Source of the DNA: Candidatus Undinarchaeota archaeon
GTDB taxonomy: Archaea; Undinarchaeota; Undinarchaeia; Undinarchaeales; UBA543
Direction of reading: 5' to 3'
DNA: 24,273 bases
NCBI GenBank assembly: GCA_964636545.1
Contig: CAZWSR010000011.1
Span: 1 to 24,273, forward strand
In this document: in pieces, positions 15,685 to 24,273 of the stretch
How the letters are laid out: every line of letters begins with the position of its first letter
Position numbering within the stretch: the stretch's first letter is position 1
The notes under the pieces: generated by a model
Told to the model about the DNA's origin: nothing
Databases searched by the model: none
The model's input: only the letters and a program-made list of their open reading frames with translations
Program-made: the position numbers and the translations under genes

Positions 15685-17172
15685 ATTAACAATATTTCTG
15701 ACAAGTGGAATTTTGCTGAACACCATTTTGATTTCTTTTTTTGATAAGACCTTAAGAACTAATAACATTATCCCATAAACTGCCCCGCCAATAGCAATGC
15801 TAATGAAAGTCCAAATATGAGAACTAACGGGTATGAAATAAATCACAAGCCCCATAACTAGGCCGGAGAGTAGGATTTTTGGAATCTTTACAAAAGCATA
15901 ATCAATTTTGCAGTGTCGTCTGAAAATAATATGCATATATGTAACCATAATAAAATAACTTACTGTTGTTGCAACAGCTGCTCCGATTAACTCAAATCTT
16001 GGAATAAGCACCCAATTTAATCCAATATTACTAATTGCAGCAAGGCCATAAGCACCTGCAATGTGCTTGGTCTCCCCAGCAACAAGAAGGCCACTACAAA
16101 AAACACTACTTACAAAATAAAATAATGGGAATAAAAGAAGAGGAATAAGAACTGGAACAGAAGACAAGTATTTTTCTCCTGAAATCAATAAAATAACTGG
16201 CTCTCGGAGAATAAAACCACCAACAAGACAGGGAATTGCAATAAGAAAACCGAATTTAAGAGATGCACTAATAAGCTTAACAGAATCCTTTCCAGTATTC
16301 CGTGCCTCAGCAAAATAAGGCATTATTACAACGCTGGCAGAAGCACTAACTGTTTTAATTGTACCAAGTAGGGAATATGGAAGTGTATAAAGGCCAACTG
16401 CACTTGCACTCATAAAATAATTTATCAAAAAACGATCACTAATTGAAATAAACCAGCCAGCAATAACAACTGGAACAAGAGGAAGGCCAAAGTATAGTGC
16501 TTTTTTTACAACTGGGGAGCTGAAACGCTCATGGAAGAACAGCTTCAAGTCAGAAAATGAACGAATGAAATATATCAAAACAGACAAAACAACTCCAGCA
16601 AGCCAGATAAGAAGAACATGGCTTAACGTGAAGCTCTTGAAAAGGAAGAACAATCCGAAAAGCAATAGCATCCAACCCTTACTGACAAGAAAGTCCATTG
16701 TATTGACAAAATTCATCTGTTTTCTAGCACTAAAGAATTCAAAAAAGAGTTTTGTCATTGAAAGGAAGAAAATTAGCAAAAGACAGATTCCAAATTCAGT
16801 TGAATAGGCAGTCAGGTTTGTGAAATTAAGGAACCAGGCCTTGAATGGTGTGAAATATAGAGAAAGTAGGATAAGTAAAACAACAATTACATCAAAAAAT
16901 ACAATTTTCCAGAATTTTTTTGCTTGTACTTCTTTAGCTTGCCCAGGAAGCCGTGCAAGAATAAAATTTGACATTCCAAAAACAAGTCCAAGTGCAAGTA
17001 AGGACACAAACGCGGAAAGTAAGGAGTAAACACCATAATCTTCAACACTTAGAACACGAGTAAGGAGTGCAAGAAGAGCAGGAGAAATTAGAATAGTAAA
17101 AAGAAGTAAAGAATTTGAGAAAATCACTTGACCTGAAATTCTACTGTAGTTTTTGTCTTGTTGTTCTTCCAT
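15661..17172 (-). CDS. Wzx/PST-family oligosaccharide flippase
   Basis: 503 aa with many TM segments. LTRVLSVEDYG, DRFLI, VGLY and LNWVLIPRFELIGAAVAT motifs. Confidence 0.88.
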   Translation of the reverse strand: MEEQQDKNYSRISGQVIFSNSLLLFTILISPALLALLTRVLSVEDYGVYSLLSAFVSLLALGLVFGMSNFILARLPGQAKEVQAKKFWKIVFFDVIVVLLILLSLYFTPFKAWFLNFTNLTAYSTEFGICLLLIFFLSMTKLFFEFFSARKQMNFVNTMDFLVSKGWMLLLFGLFFLFKSFTLSHVLLIWLAGVVLSVLIYFIRSFSDLKLFFHERFSSPVVKKALYFGLPLVPVVIAGWFISISDRFLINYFMSASAVGLYTLPYSLLGTIKTVSASASVVIMPYFAEARNTGKDSVKLISASLKFGFLIAIPCLVGGFILREPVILLISGEKYLSSVPVLIPLLLFPLFYFVSSVFCSGLLVAGETKHIAGAYGLAAISNIGLNWVLIPRFELIGAAVATTVSYFIMVTYMHIIFRRHCKIDYAFVKIPKILLSGLVMGLVIYFIPVSSHIWTFISIAIGGAVYGIMLLVLKVLSKKEIKMVFSKIPLVRNIVNSFVDRLL

Positions 17173-17202
17173 GTGATATCCTCAAATCTATTACTTGTTT
17201 AT

Positions 17203-18771
17203 TTAAGAGTTTTGAAACTCGTAAAGGAAGAAGTCTGTTTCATCTTCTCCGTAAATGTCTTTGTAGGTGTTCGAGTATGTGTTAATAAGATTATAATTTG
17301 ACTCAAGGCATTGTTTGATTAGTTTATTAGAGTCTAAATTTGAAGGATTGTTTTGAAGTAAATAGATTTTTTGAGGAGAACCAATTTTTCCAATAAAGTT
17401 GCACATATTGTCACTTGTTATTGGTTTTTCATTTGTAAGAAAATCAGAAAACGTAATGTCTGCCTTGTTTATATCAGTCCCGTCAGGAGTCAAGTAAATT
17501 CCAGCTGGACCTTTGTAAATAAGTTTTAGATTAAGTGAGTACATTGCAGAATTCACAAGAATAACATCTCCAAGATTAGCGTCTATATTCTCTGATAAGG
17601 ATTCAAAATCGTCTTTGTGTAATTGAACAGTGTAATATTCGTAAATTGAAATTGAGTTTAGTGCAAGAACAATTATAATAAAAACAATTGCTAGTTTTTT
17701 GAAATTGATTGATTTGCTGAGTTTAGAAACACCTTTTGCAATAAACAAATAATACAAAGGAGAAACGAACAAGATAAACCGAGCATATGTTTGATATGGT
17801 AAAAGTCCAGTTGCCCAAAGAATTGACAAAGATGTGAGAACCGTTATTGGGAAAATTGCCGTGAAAAAGACCTTTTTCTTGAAAATATCCTTGATGTTTG
17901 CAAGAATTGGAAGTCCAAAAGCAGCAAGCGCGAAGCCAATAAATACTAGGAAACCAAGCCCAGTACTAACTGGATGATAACCAACACTCAAATGGAAAAT
18001 CATCATTGGAATACGGACAAAAAGATTGTTTGAATTTAGTTGGAATAAATTGAACTCTAGCAACGGATCATTGAAATTATATGCAGGATTTGTGACTTCG
18101 GTGGCGTGTACTCTCTGAGCATAAACTATTGGTAAAAGTGGAGCTATAAGCAAAGCAAGAAGGAAACAAGACACAAATAATGTTTTCAGAAGTTTTTTAT
18201 CGTGCCGATGATAGAACATAACATAAACAACTTTTGCAAGCAAAATAAAACCAAAGAAATAATGAATCCAGCAGGCAAGTGCAGAAGCGATTACCCATAA
18301 AACAACTTGCTTAGTTTTTCTATCTTGTAGATAAGATACAAAAAAGTAAATTGCAAGCATAGTAAGGAACGTGAAAACAGCATAACTGCGAATTATTTGA
18401 GCATATTTAATATTTGGTTGAGCAACTGCAAATAAGAATGAGGACAATAACCCAACCCTTTCACTGAATAATCGTTTCCCAAGCAAAAATAGCAGAGGAA
18501 TAACACCTAAACTAGCAACCACAGACAATAAGCGGAATGGAGTAATTGAACCAAATGACGGAATGGCTTTTAGTAAAACATAATAAAGTGGTGGGTGTGC
18601 ATCAGCTTTCGTGGAAGCCCACCATTTTGAAACGGGCCCATCTCTTAGAAAAATTGCAGGACCTTCATCACCGCGGACATTAGGAGTTGACACAAATGAA
18701 AATCGAAAAACAGCACCAAGTAATAGTATTAGAATAAGTATTGTAAGCGTCTTGTTGTTTAGTTTGAACAT
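17203..18771 (-). CDS. GT-C membrane glycosyltransferase (PMT/ArnT-like, GT39/GT83)
   Basis: DE motif after TM1 (RGDEG), HPPLYY, RLLS and RSYA motifs, multiple TM segments and a soluble C-terminal domain. Confidence 0.8.
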   Translation of the reverse strand: MFKLNNKTLTILILILLLGAVFRFSFVSTPNVRGDEGPAIFLRDGPVSKWWASTKADAHPPLYYVLLKAIPSFGSITPFRLLSVVASLGVIPLLFLLGKRLFSERVGLLSSFLFAVAQPNIKYAQIIRSYAVFTFLTMLAIYFFVSYLQDRKTKQVVLWVIASALACWIHYFFGFILLAKVVYVMFYHRHDKKLLKTLFVSCFLLALLIAPLLPIVYAQRVHATEVTNPAYNFNDPLLEFNLFQLNSNNLFVRIPMMIFHLSVGYHPVSTGLGFLVFIGFALAAFGLPILANIKDIFKKKVFFTAIFPITVLTSLSILWATGLLPYQTYARFILFVSPLYYLFIAKGVSKLSKSINFKKLAIVFIIIVLALNSISIYEYYTVQLHKDDFESLSENIDANLGDVILVNSAMYSLNLKLIYKGPAGIYLTPDGTDINKADITFSDFLTNEKPITSDNMCNFIGKIGSPQKIYLLQNNPSNLDSNKLIKQCLESNYNLINTYSNTYKDIYGEDETDFFLYEFQNS

Positions 18772-19734
18772 TTAATCCCTCTTTAAGAGTTCAGGATTTT
18801 CTTTCAAATACTTGACAGTTCTTCGGATTCCGTCTTCAATGCTAACTTCTGGTTTCCAGCCTAAATTCATTATTTTCTTTACATCAAGCTGAACAAACGG
18901 AGCATCACCAATCCAACCCCTTTCACCGCCAGTAAATTTATACTCAACATCACTTAATCCAAGCTCTTCGATTATGATTTTCGCAACATCCTTAACATTC
19001 ATGTATTCAACATTTCCAAGATTAAAGATGTTGACTTTCTCGTCTGCATTTTCAATTGCAAACACCATTGCATTAACGCAATCATTAATATAAAGATATG
19101 ATTTCTTTTGTTCTCCATCGCCAAGAATTTCCAATTCTTTTGGATTTTTATTTAGCTTTTTAACAAAATCAAAAATAACGCCATGGGTGTACCGTTCTCC
19201 AATTAATGAAACAAAACGGAATATCCAAGATTTTATTCCAAAACCTTCACAAAATGCCTGAATCATTGCTTCGCCTGCAAGTTTTGAAGCGCCGTAGAGG
19301 GAAGTTTGAACAGGACAGTAGTTTTCTGGGGTTGGGAACTTGTTTGGCTCGCCGTACATTGCAGATGTTGATGAGAACGCGATTCCTTTAACATCATTTA
19401 AACGAATTGCTTCCAGCACATTCCAAGTGCCAATTGTATTTTGTTCTAAATCAATTCGTGTATTGTTTATGCCACCACGAACATCAGCATTTGCAGATAA
19501 ATGAAAAACGAAATCGTGACCTTGCATTGCGGTTTTAAGTGCCCCCAAATCCATTATGTCGCCTTTAATTAATTTGAATTTAGGATTTTCAGATTGATTT
19601 TTCAGAAAAGCACTCTGACCAGTTTTCATACTGTCATAAACTGTGACTTCACAGCCCATTTCAAGTAATTTGTCAGCAACATTACTACCAACAAATCCTG
19701 CACCACCAGTTATGAATACTTTTTTCATTTTCAT
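18772..19734 (-). CDS. NAD-dependent nucleotide-sugar epimerase (GalE-like extended SDR)
   Basis: TGGAGFVG, SANADVR, YGASK, HGVIFDF and LGDGEQKKSY motifs. Confidence 0.9.
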   Translation of the reverse strand: MKMKKVFITGGAGFVGSNVADKLLEMGCEVTVYDSMKTGQSAFLKNQSENPKFKLIKGDIMDLGALKTAMQGHDFVFHLSANADVRGGINNTRIDLEQNTIGTWNVLEAIRLNDVKGIAFSSTSAMYGEPNKFPTPENYCPVQTSLYGASKLAGEAMIQAFCEGFGIKSWIFRFVSLIGERYTHGVIFDFVKKLNKNPKELEILGDGEQKKSYLYINDCVNAMVFAIENADEKVNIFNLGNVEYMNVKDVAKIIIEELGLSDVEYKFTGGERGWIGDAPFVQLDVKKIMNLGWKPEVSIEDGIRRTVKYLKENPELLKRD

Positions 19735-20453
19735 TTTTTCACCACCGCCAATAGACCAGCACCTTTTGGTAAATTAATATGCTGAACAAGATAACTTTCA
19801 AAGAGCGTATATGTTTTTAGAAGGAAACCAAGAATTATTCCCTTGAATGTTTTTCCTTTTCCTGAAACTTCCCATTCCACTTCCGAGTTCCGTAAGTTCT
19901 TGAAAACACGTAGAGGGAAATATTGAGCAAAATGAATGTAAGAGAATTTCAAAACTTTAAGATCTTTAAAAAGTTTTTGAAGTTGTTTTTTTGAATATCT
20001 TCTGTAATGATGAAGTTCGACATCGCTTTTTGTCCATAATTTTTGATTTGCAGGAACAGTTATTATTGCAACTCCACCTGGTTTCAGAACTCTTTTTGCC
20101 TCTTTCATTGCTTTTGGGTCATTGAGAAGGTGTTCCAGAATATCAGAAAGAACAACAAGATCAAATGTGTTGTCAGGATAGTCGAGAGAATCAGCTGAAC
20201 ATTTTTTTACATTACGAAAACCTGCAGTGTTACAAAGAGACACGGCTTTTTCTGAAAAATCAATACCATGAACCTCTCCATGTTCTGAAAGAACTTTCAG
20301 CAAAGCTCCGCAACCACAACCAACATCCAAAATTTTCATATTTTTATTTGGAGTATATTTTTCAATCATAGAAGAGATTAGTTTTCGCTTTCCGCACCAG
20401 TACCAGGAATATTCCTGATGGATATTCATACGCTCGATGTCTTGGTCTTCCAT
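19731..20453 (-). CDS. Class I SAM-dependent methyltransferase
   Basis: LDVGCGCG, DILEHL, LKPGG, TVPA and HYRRY motifs. Start placed at ATG 20453 because a perfect GGAGGTGA lies about 10 nt upstream. Confidence 0.88.
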   Translation of the reverse strand: MEDQDIERMNIHQEYSWYWCGKRKLISSMIEKYTPNKNMKILDVGCGCGALLKVLSEHGEVHGIDFSEKAVSLCNTAGFRNVKKCSADSLDYPDNTFDLVVLSDILEHLLNDPKAMKEAKRVLKPGGVAIITVPANQKLWTKSDVELHHYRRYSKKQLQKLFKDLKVLKFSYIHFAQYFPLRVFKNLRNSEVEWEVSGKGKTFKGIILGFLLKTYTLFESYLVQHINLPKGAGLLAVVKK

Positions 20454-21178
20454 TGTGGATGCTTCACCTCCCTCCAAACATGTATTAGTTCACGCGCAAC
20501 TGCAAGAATTGTTTTTGGTGAAAGCAAACCGAATTTAATTTCATATAGTGGTTTACCAGCACCACGATTGAAATGATTTACGCCAACAGATTTTATCTTG
20601 TAGCCTTTGCATTTTGCTTTTATCAGCATTTCAGTGGTTACTGTACCATAGATTGAATGTAATGTGATGTCATCAACAACTCGCTTTTTCACTAATCTAA
20701 AAGCGGTATTGACGTCCCAGAGATCCATTCTAAAAAACAATCGTATCAGGAAGTTGTAACCAAATGAAATCATTTTCCTAAGAAATGGATCATTTCGTTT
20801 TAGTTTGTAGCCAGCAATAATATCGTACTCGTCAAGAAAGGGCAGGAACTTCTCAAAATCTTCCAAGTCAAACTGGTTATCTGAGTCAGAATAGAAGATG
20901 TTTTCATATTTGGCCGTATTCAAGCCAATTCTGTACGCCTTACCAACTCCGTGGTCATCTTTTGCCTGCAGAACAAGCCTAACATTTGGATCGTTTTGCG
21001 AATAACTCCTCACGATTTCCGCAGTATTATCAGTAGAGCCCTCATAAAGAACAATCAGAATTTCATAATTATTTGCATTCTTTCTGAGAACTTTTTGCGC
21101 ATCTTCAATAACACGGCGGATGTTTCCTGCCTCATTGTAGGCAGGGAAGAACATTGAGATGTTTGGCTTCAAATCCAT
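20426..21178 (-). CDS. GT2, dolichol/polyprenol-phosphate glycosyltransferase (DPM1/GtrB-like)
   Basis: FPAYNEAGNI, EGSTDNT, GVGKA, SDSDNQF (DxD), DVNTAFRL and HFNR motifs. Confidence 0.82.
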   Translation of the reverse strand: MDLKPNISMFFPAYNEAGNIRRVIEDAQKVLRKNANNYEILIVLYEGSTDNTAEIVRSYSQNDPNVRLVLQAKDDHGVGKAYRIGLNTAKYENIFYSDSDNQFDLEDFEKFLPFLDEYDIIAGYKLKRNDPFLRKMISFGYNFLIRLFFRMDLWDVNTAFRLVKKRVVDDITLHSIYGTVTTEMLIKAKCKGYKIKSVGVNHFNRGAGKPLYEIKFGLLSPKTILAVARELIHVWREVKHPQWKTKTSSV

Positions 21179-21180
21179 GA

Positions 21181-21834
21181 TTATTTGTGGTTTTTCTTGT
21201 AGTCAGCCCAAAAGTCAAGGAATTCTTGAATTGTCTCCTGTGTGCGAGGATGAACATACATTTTGTTCAAGATTTTTGGAGGGATTGTTAAAATATCCGC
21301 TCCTGCACGCATTGCAGACATAACATCATAAACAGAGCGTATGCTTCCGATTATGAGTTTTGCATCAAGATCACAGTCATCAAATAACTCAGCGCATTCT
21401 TTTGTAACATCAAATGCATTGTAACCCATGTCTCCAACTCTTCCAAAGAACAGTGAAACATAAGTTGCACCAGCTTTTGCAGCTAGAACACATTGACTTG
21501 AACTCATACAGCAAGTAACATTTGTTTTAATTCCTTTTTCTTTTAGAATTTTAGTTGCGCAAAGACCGTTTGCATCCATAGGGATTTTAACAACAACATT
21601 GTCACCCCATTTGGAGTAAGTAACAGCTTCCTCGACCATTTGTTTGGTGTCAGTTGTAGTTACTTCAATGCTCACAGGACCGTTTACTAGTTTGAGAATC
21701 TCTTTCATCCTAGTTTCAAAGTCACAGCCCTCTTTTGAGACAATTGCCGGGTTTGTGGTGCATCCATCTACAATGCCCATGTCAAGACCCTTTTGTATTT
21801 CTTCTAAATTTGCAGTATCTATGTATATATCCAT
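21181..21834 (-). CDS. tal: Transaldolase (TalC/MipB type)
   Basis: IDTAN, TTNP, SIEV, VVKIP (Schiff-base Lys), NVT, SLFFGR and GSIR motifs. GAGGAGG RBS upstream. Confidence 0.9.
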   Translation of the reverse strand: MDIYIDTANLEEIQKGLDMGIVDGCTTNPAIVSKEGCDFETRMKEILKLVNGPVSIEVTTTDTKQMVEEAVTYSKWGDNVVVKIPMDANGLCATKILKEKGIKTNVTCCMSSSQCVLAAKAGATYVSLFFGRVGDMGYNAFDVTKECAELFDDCDLDAKLIIGSIRSVYDVMSAMRAGADILTIPPKILNKMYVHPRTQETIQEFLDFWADYKKNHK

Positions 21835-21835
21835 T

Positions 21836-22441
21836 TTATTTCTCCTCCTCTAAGTTTTTAATTAATAGAGCAGCATCATATAAAGTTTTCACTTTGTGAT
21901 TTGGGGTGTTTGGTTGTTCAGCAACCAAGTCATAATGGGATTTAATCATTGGATGTTCAACCTTAATTGTGGTGCAGCCAAGCGAATTTCCAACTTTTAT
22001 GTCCCGCCAGCTATCGCCAATCATATACGAGTTTTCCATTTCAATTCCAAATTTCTCCTTTGCTTTCAGAAACATCCCTTGTGCTGGTTTCCTGCAATCA
22101 CAGATTCTTGTGAATTCAGGAACTTTTCCTTTTCCGGGTTCTGAATGCGGACAGTAGTAAACATCATCAACCTGAGCACCAAGCACTTCAAGATCTTTTT
22201 TCATTTTCTCATGAATTTGCTCAACCAATTCAACTGTTGTTTTTGCTTTTGCAATTGCAGGTTGGTTTGTGACAACGATTATCAGGAATCCAAGTTCATT
22301 GAGGATTTGAATCCCTTCTGCAACTTGTGGAAGCAGTTTGAATTGTTCTGGTTTTAGTGGACTATCAATTATGTTGGTTTCAGGAACGTAAACAGGTTCG
22401 TTGATTGTACTGTCTCTGTCAATGAAAACTGCACGATTCAT
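21836..22441 (-). CDS. gmhB: GmhB-like HAD sugar-bisphosphate phosphatase
   Basis: AVFIDRD, VTNQ, CPH...CDCRKP Zn motif and MIGDSWRD. ATG 22441 overlaps the gmhA stop (ATGA). Confidence 0.85.
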   Translation of the reverse strand: MNRAVFIDRDSTINEPVYVPETNIIDSPLKPEQFKLLPQVAEGIQILNELGFLIIVVTNQPAIAKAKTTVELVEQIHEKMKKDLEVLGAQVDDVYYCPHSEPGKGKVPEFTRICDCRKPAQGMFLKAKEKFGIEMENSYMIGDSWRDIKVGNSLGCTTIKVEHPMIKSHYDLVAEQPNTPNHKVKTLYDAALLIKNLEEEK

Positions 22442-23040
22442 CCTTCGTTTACAATTTTCTCCTTCAAGCAATTTGTAACCAAGTGCTCAACAGCCACATG
22501 TAGTGATTCTGAATGAGGTGTGCTTTCAACTGGAGTGACTATGCAGTGGTCAGCCATTTGTTTCATTGCTCCACCATCAAAACCAGATACACCAATCGCA
22601 ACTCCACCATTATCTTTAACATATTGAAGTCCTTTCAAGAGATTTTGTGACCAAGCACCTGCTTTATCGCTTCCTGAACCACCATGTACGCTGAATGCAA
22701 TTACAACATCTCCAGCATTGAAGAAGTTTTTGAGTTGTTCAACATAAATTTCGCCCCAACCATCATCATTTGTTAGTGCGCTGACAATTGGAATATTATC
22801 AACAAGTGCTAGTGCTTTCATTCGCTTTTTTCCTTCAACAATTGTGCATTTGTTTAGATCGCAAGCCATGTGAGTTGCTGTGCTAGCTGAACCCCCGTTT
22901 CCTATTAGGAAAACCTGATTTCCATTTTTCCAAGCAGTAAATAGTGCATCAACTACGCCTGCAATGTCCTCTGAATTGATTTTGTCAATGACATCTTTCA
23001 TTTCAGAGAGGTAATTTTTAATATACTCTACATTATCCAT
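22438..23040 (-). CDS. gmhA: GmhA-like SIS-domain phosphosugar (sedoheptulose-7-P) isomerase
   Basis: GNGGSASTATH, TNDDG, EQL, GFDGG and ESLH motifs. The start could be GTG 23049 or ATG 23040. Confidence 0.82.
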   Translation of the reverse strand: MDNVEYIKNYLSEMKDVIDKINSEDIAGVVDALFTAWKNGNQVFLIGNGGSASTATHMACDLNKCTIVEGKKRMKALALVDNIPIVSALTNDDGWGEIYVEQLKNFFNAGDVVIAFSVHGGSGSDKAGAWSQNLLKGLQYVKDNGGVAIGVSGFDGGAMKQMADHCIVTPVESTPHSESLHVAVEHLVTNCLKEKIVNEG

Positions 23041-23072
23041 TATTATCACAAAAATGGTCGGGATAAGGGGTT

Positions 23073-24059
23073 TTAAGGGTTATGTATTTTAGTGTCATTC
23101 GCCTTGTAGAGCTCTGAAACTACTTTAAAATTCCCATAACTTTCTTCAATTGAACTCATAACTTCACTGCCATGAGCAATTGCAGTTGAAAATTCCTGCC
23201 ATTCTTTCTTCCAGGAATCATCTTCTTCCCAGCTCCACTGTTCTTGATCAGGAATTCCCATTTCTGGCTTCATTTTGTAGAATGTGAGTGTCTCTTTTCC
23301 ATAGCTTCCGCCTAATCCATCAATTACAAGCAATCCAGTCTTACAATGAATTTCAAAACTGAACAAATTCTTCCACTGAGTACAGCTTGCAGTTAGCCAA
23401 GCAACTTTTCCATTTTCAGTTTTCAAAAGTGCAAAACCATTATCCTCAACAGGCATATTCCAGAAAAAAGTTCCAACATGACCATTAACTTCAGTAAATT
23501 CTCCGCAGAACCATCTTGCTAAGTCAATTAAGTGGGTTCCCTGATCTAACATTTCTCCACCACCAGACTTTTGAGGATCTGCGCGCCATTCTTTGTCATA
23601 TCCAAGGCGTCCACCGTGGCCGTAGCGTCCTCGCACAAACATCACTTCACCAATTTCTCTAGAATCAACAATTTCCCGTGCTTTTTGGAAGGATGGATGA
23701 AATCTGTGATTGTAACCAATCTTGACTTGTACCTCTTTTTCTTTTGCCAAGTTCATTAATTGCTCATATTCAACTAAAGTTCTTGCTCCTGGTTTTTCAA
23801 TTAAGCAATGTTTGTTATTGTGAATAGCGTCAGTTGCGATTTCTGCAAGAAATTGGTTAGTTGTTGCAATTATTACTGCTTCAACTTCAGGATTTTGAGT
23901 AACTTTACGATAATCAGTTGCGAATTTGCAATTGTATTTATCGGCAAGCTCTTTTGCACGCTGTTCACTAACATCTGCAACTATAACAAGTTCGTCTTCT
24001 CCAAGAAAATCTGCTCTTCTGCCACCAATTAAACCACACCCAACTATTCCGACTTTCAT
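23073..24059 (-). CDS. Gfo/Idh/MocA-family oxidoreductase
   Basis: GIVGCGLIG, EKP, GYNHRFHP, WR...SGGG and DQGTHLIDL motifs. Confidence 0.9.
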   Translation of the reverse strand: MKVGIVGCGLIGGRRADFLGEDELVIVADVSEQRAKELADKYNCKFATDYRKVTQNPEVEAVIIATTNQFLAEIATDAIHNNKHCLIEKPGARTLVEYEQLMNLAKEKEVQVKIGYNHRFHPSFQKAREIVDSREIGEVMFVRGRYGHGGRLGYDKEWRADPQKSGGGEMLDQGTHLIDLARWFCGEFTEVNGHVGTFFWNMPVEDNGFALLKTENGKVAWLTASCTQWKNLFSFEIHCKTGLLVIDGLGGSYGKETLTFYKMKPEMGIPDQEQWSWEEDDSWKKEWQEFSTAIAHGSEVMSSIEESYGNFKVVSELYKANDTKIHNP

Positions 24060-24273
24060 TTTTCTAGTTTCTCCAAAAGTAATTCATCGAGTCGCCTTAG
24101 CGAGTACATATCTGATTCTGAAATTTCAGGAGTGAAATCAGTGTAATTATCTTTAATGTGAATAAATTTTCCAGTAATTCCATTTGATTTTTCAGAAGAA
24201 AGATACAAAATCAGTTTTGAAACATCTTCTGGATTAGCCCATTGAGCAGGTGCTTTGTCAACTGTCTCTTCTT
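24056..24273 (-). CDS. C-terminal fragment of a short-chain dehydrogenase/reductase (truncated by the window; absent from the ORF track)
   Basis: Manual translation gives EETVDKAPAQWANPEDVSKLILYLSSEKSNGITGKFIHIKDNY...DMYSLRRLDELLLEKLEK*. PEDV..L..YL.S....ITG is the classical SDR C-terminus. ATGA overlap with the next gene. Confidence 0.75.
   Translation of the reverse strand, partial: EETVDKAPAQWANPEDVSKLILYLSSEKSNGITGKFIHIKDNYTDFTPEISESDMYSLRRLDELLLEKLEK

Noticed and set aside
21836-22471. Histidinol-phosphatase call and the longer TTG start
   Set aside because: Adjacency to gmhA favours GmhB. ATG 22441 gives the canonical N-terminus and an ATGA coupling.
1-24273. CRISPR array, tRNA/rRNA, IS elements or phase-variable tracts
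   Set aside because: Intergenic gaps are all under about 100 nt, with no repeat-spacer pattern, cloverleaf or transposase. A/T runs of 7-8 nt are expected at this composition and no frameshifted gene was seen.

Overview
An AT-rich, densely packed surface-glycan biosynthesis locus of 23 CDS. The last is cut by the window edge and the first probably is too. It is probably archaeal: BRE/TATA-like boxes lie about 25-40 nt upstream of starts and one start has a GGAGGTGA ribosome-binding site. The left half is a nonulosonic-acid (sialic-acid-like) module: a CDP-alcohol phosphotransferase, a GT-B HP-motif protein, two differently ordered and convergent WbuX/PseA-HisH-HisF amidotransferase trios, two NeuB paralogues (one with a strongly remodelled PEP site), an SpsF-type cytidylyltransferase, a GT2, a formyltransferase plus PIG-L deacetylase pair, an epimerase, a radical SAM enzyme and a PseH-like acetyltransferase. 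The right half is a minus-strand operon: SDR, Gfo/Idh/MocA, GmhA, GmhB, transaldolase, DPM-like GT2, methyltransferase, epimerase, GT-C transferase and flippase. It looks like a heptose/octose pathway coupled to lipid-carrier transfer. No RNA genes, CRISPR arrays or mobile elements were seen. All functional calls come from motif reading, with no database searches.
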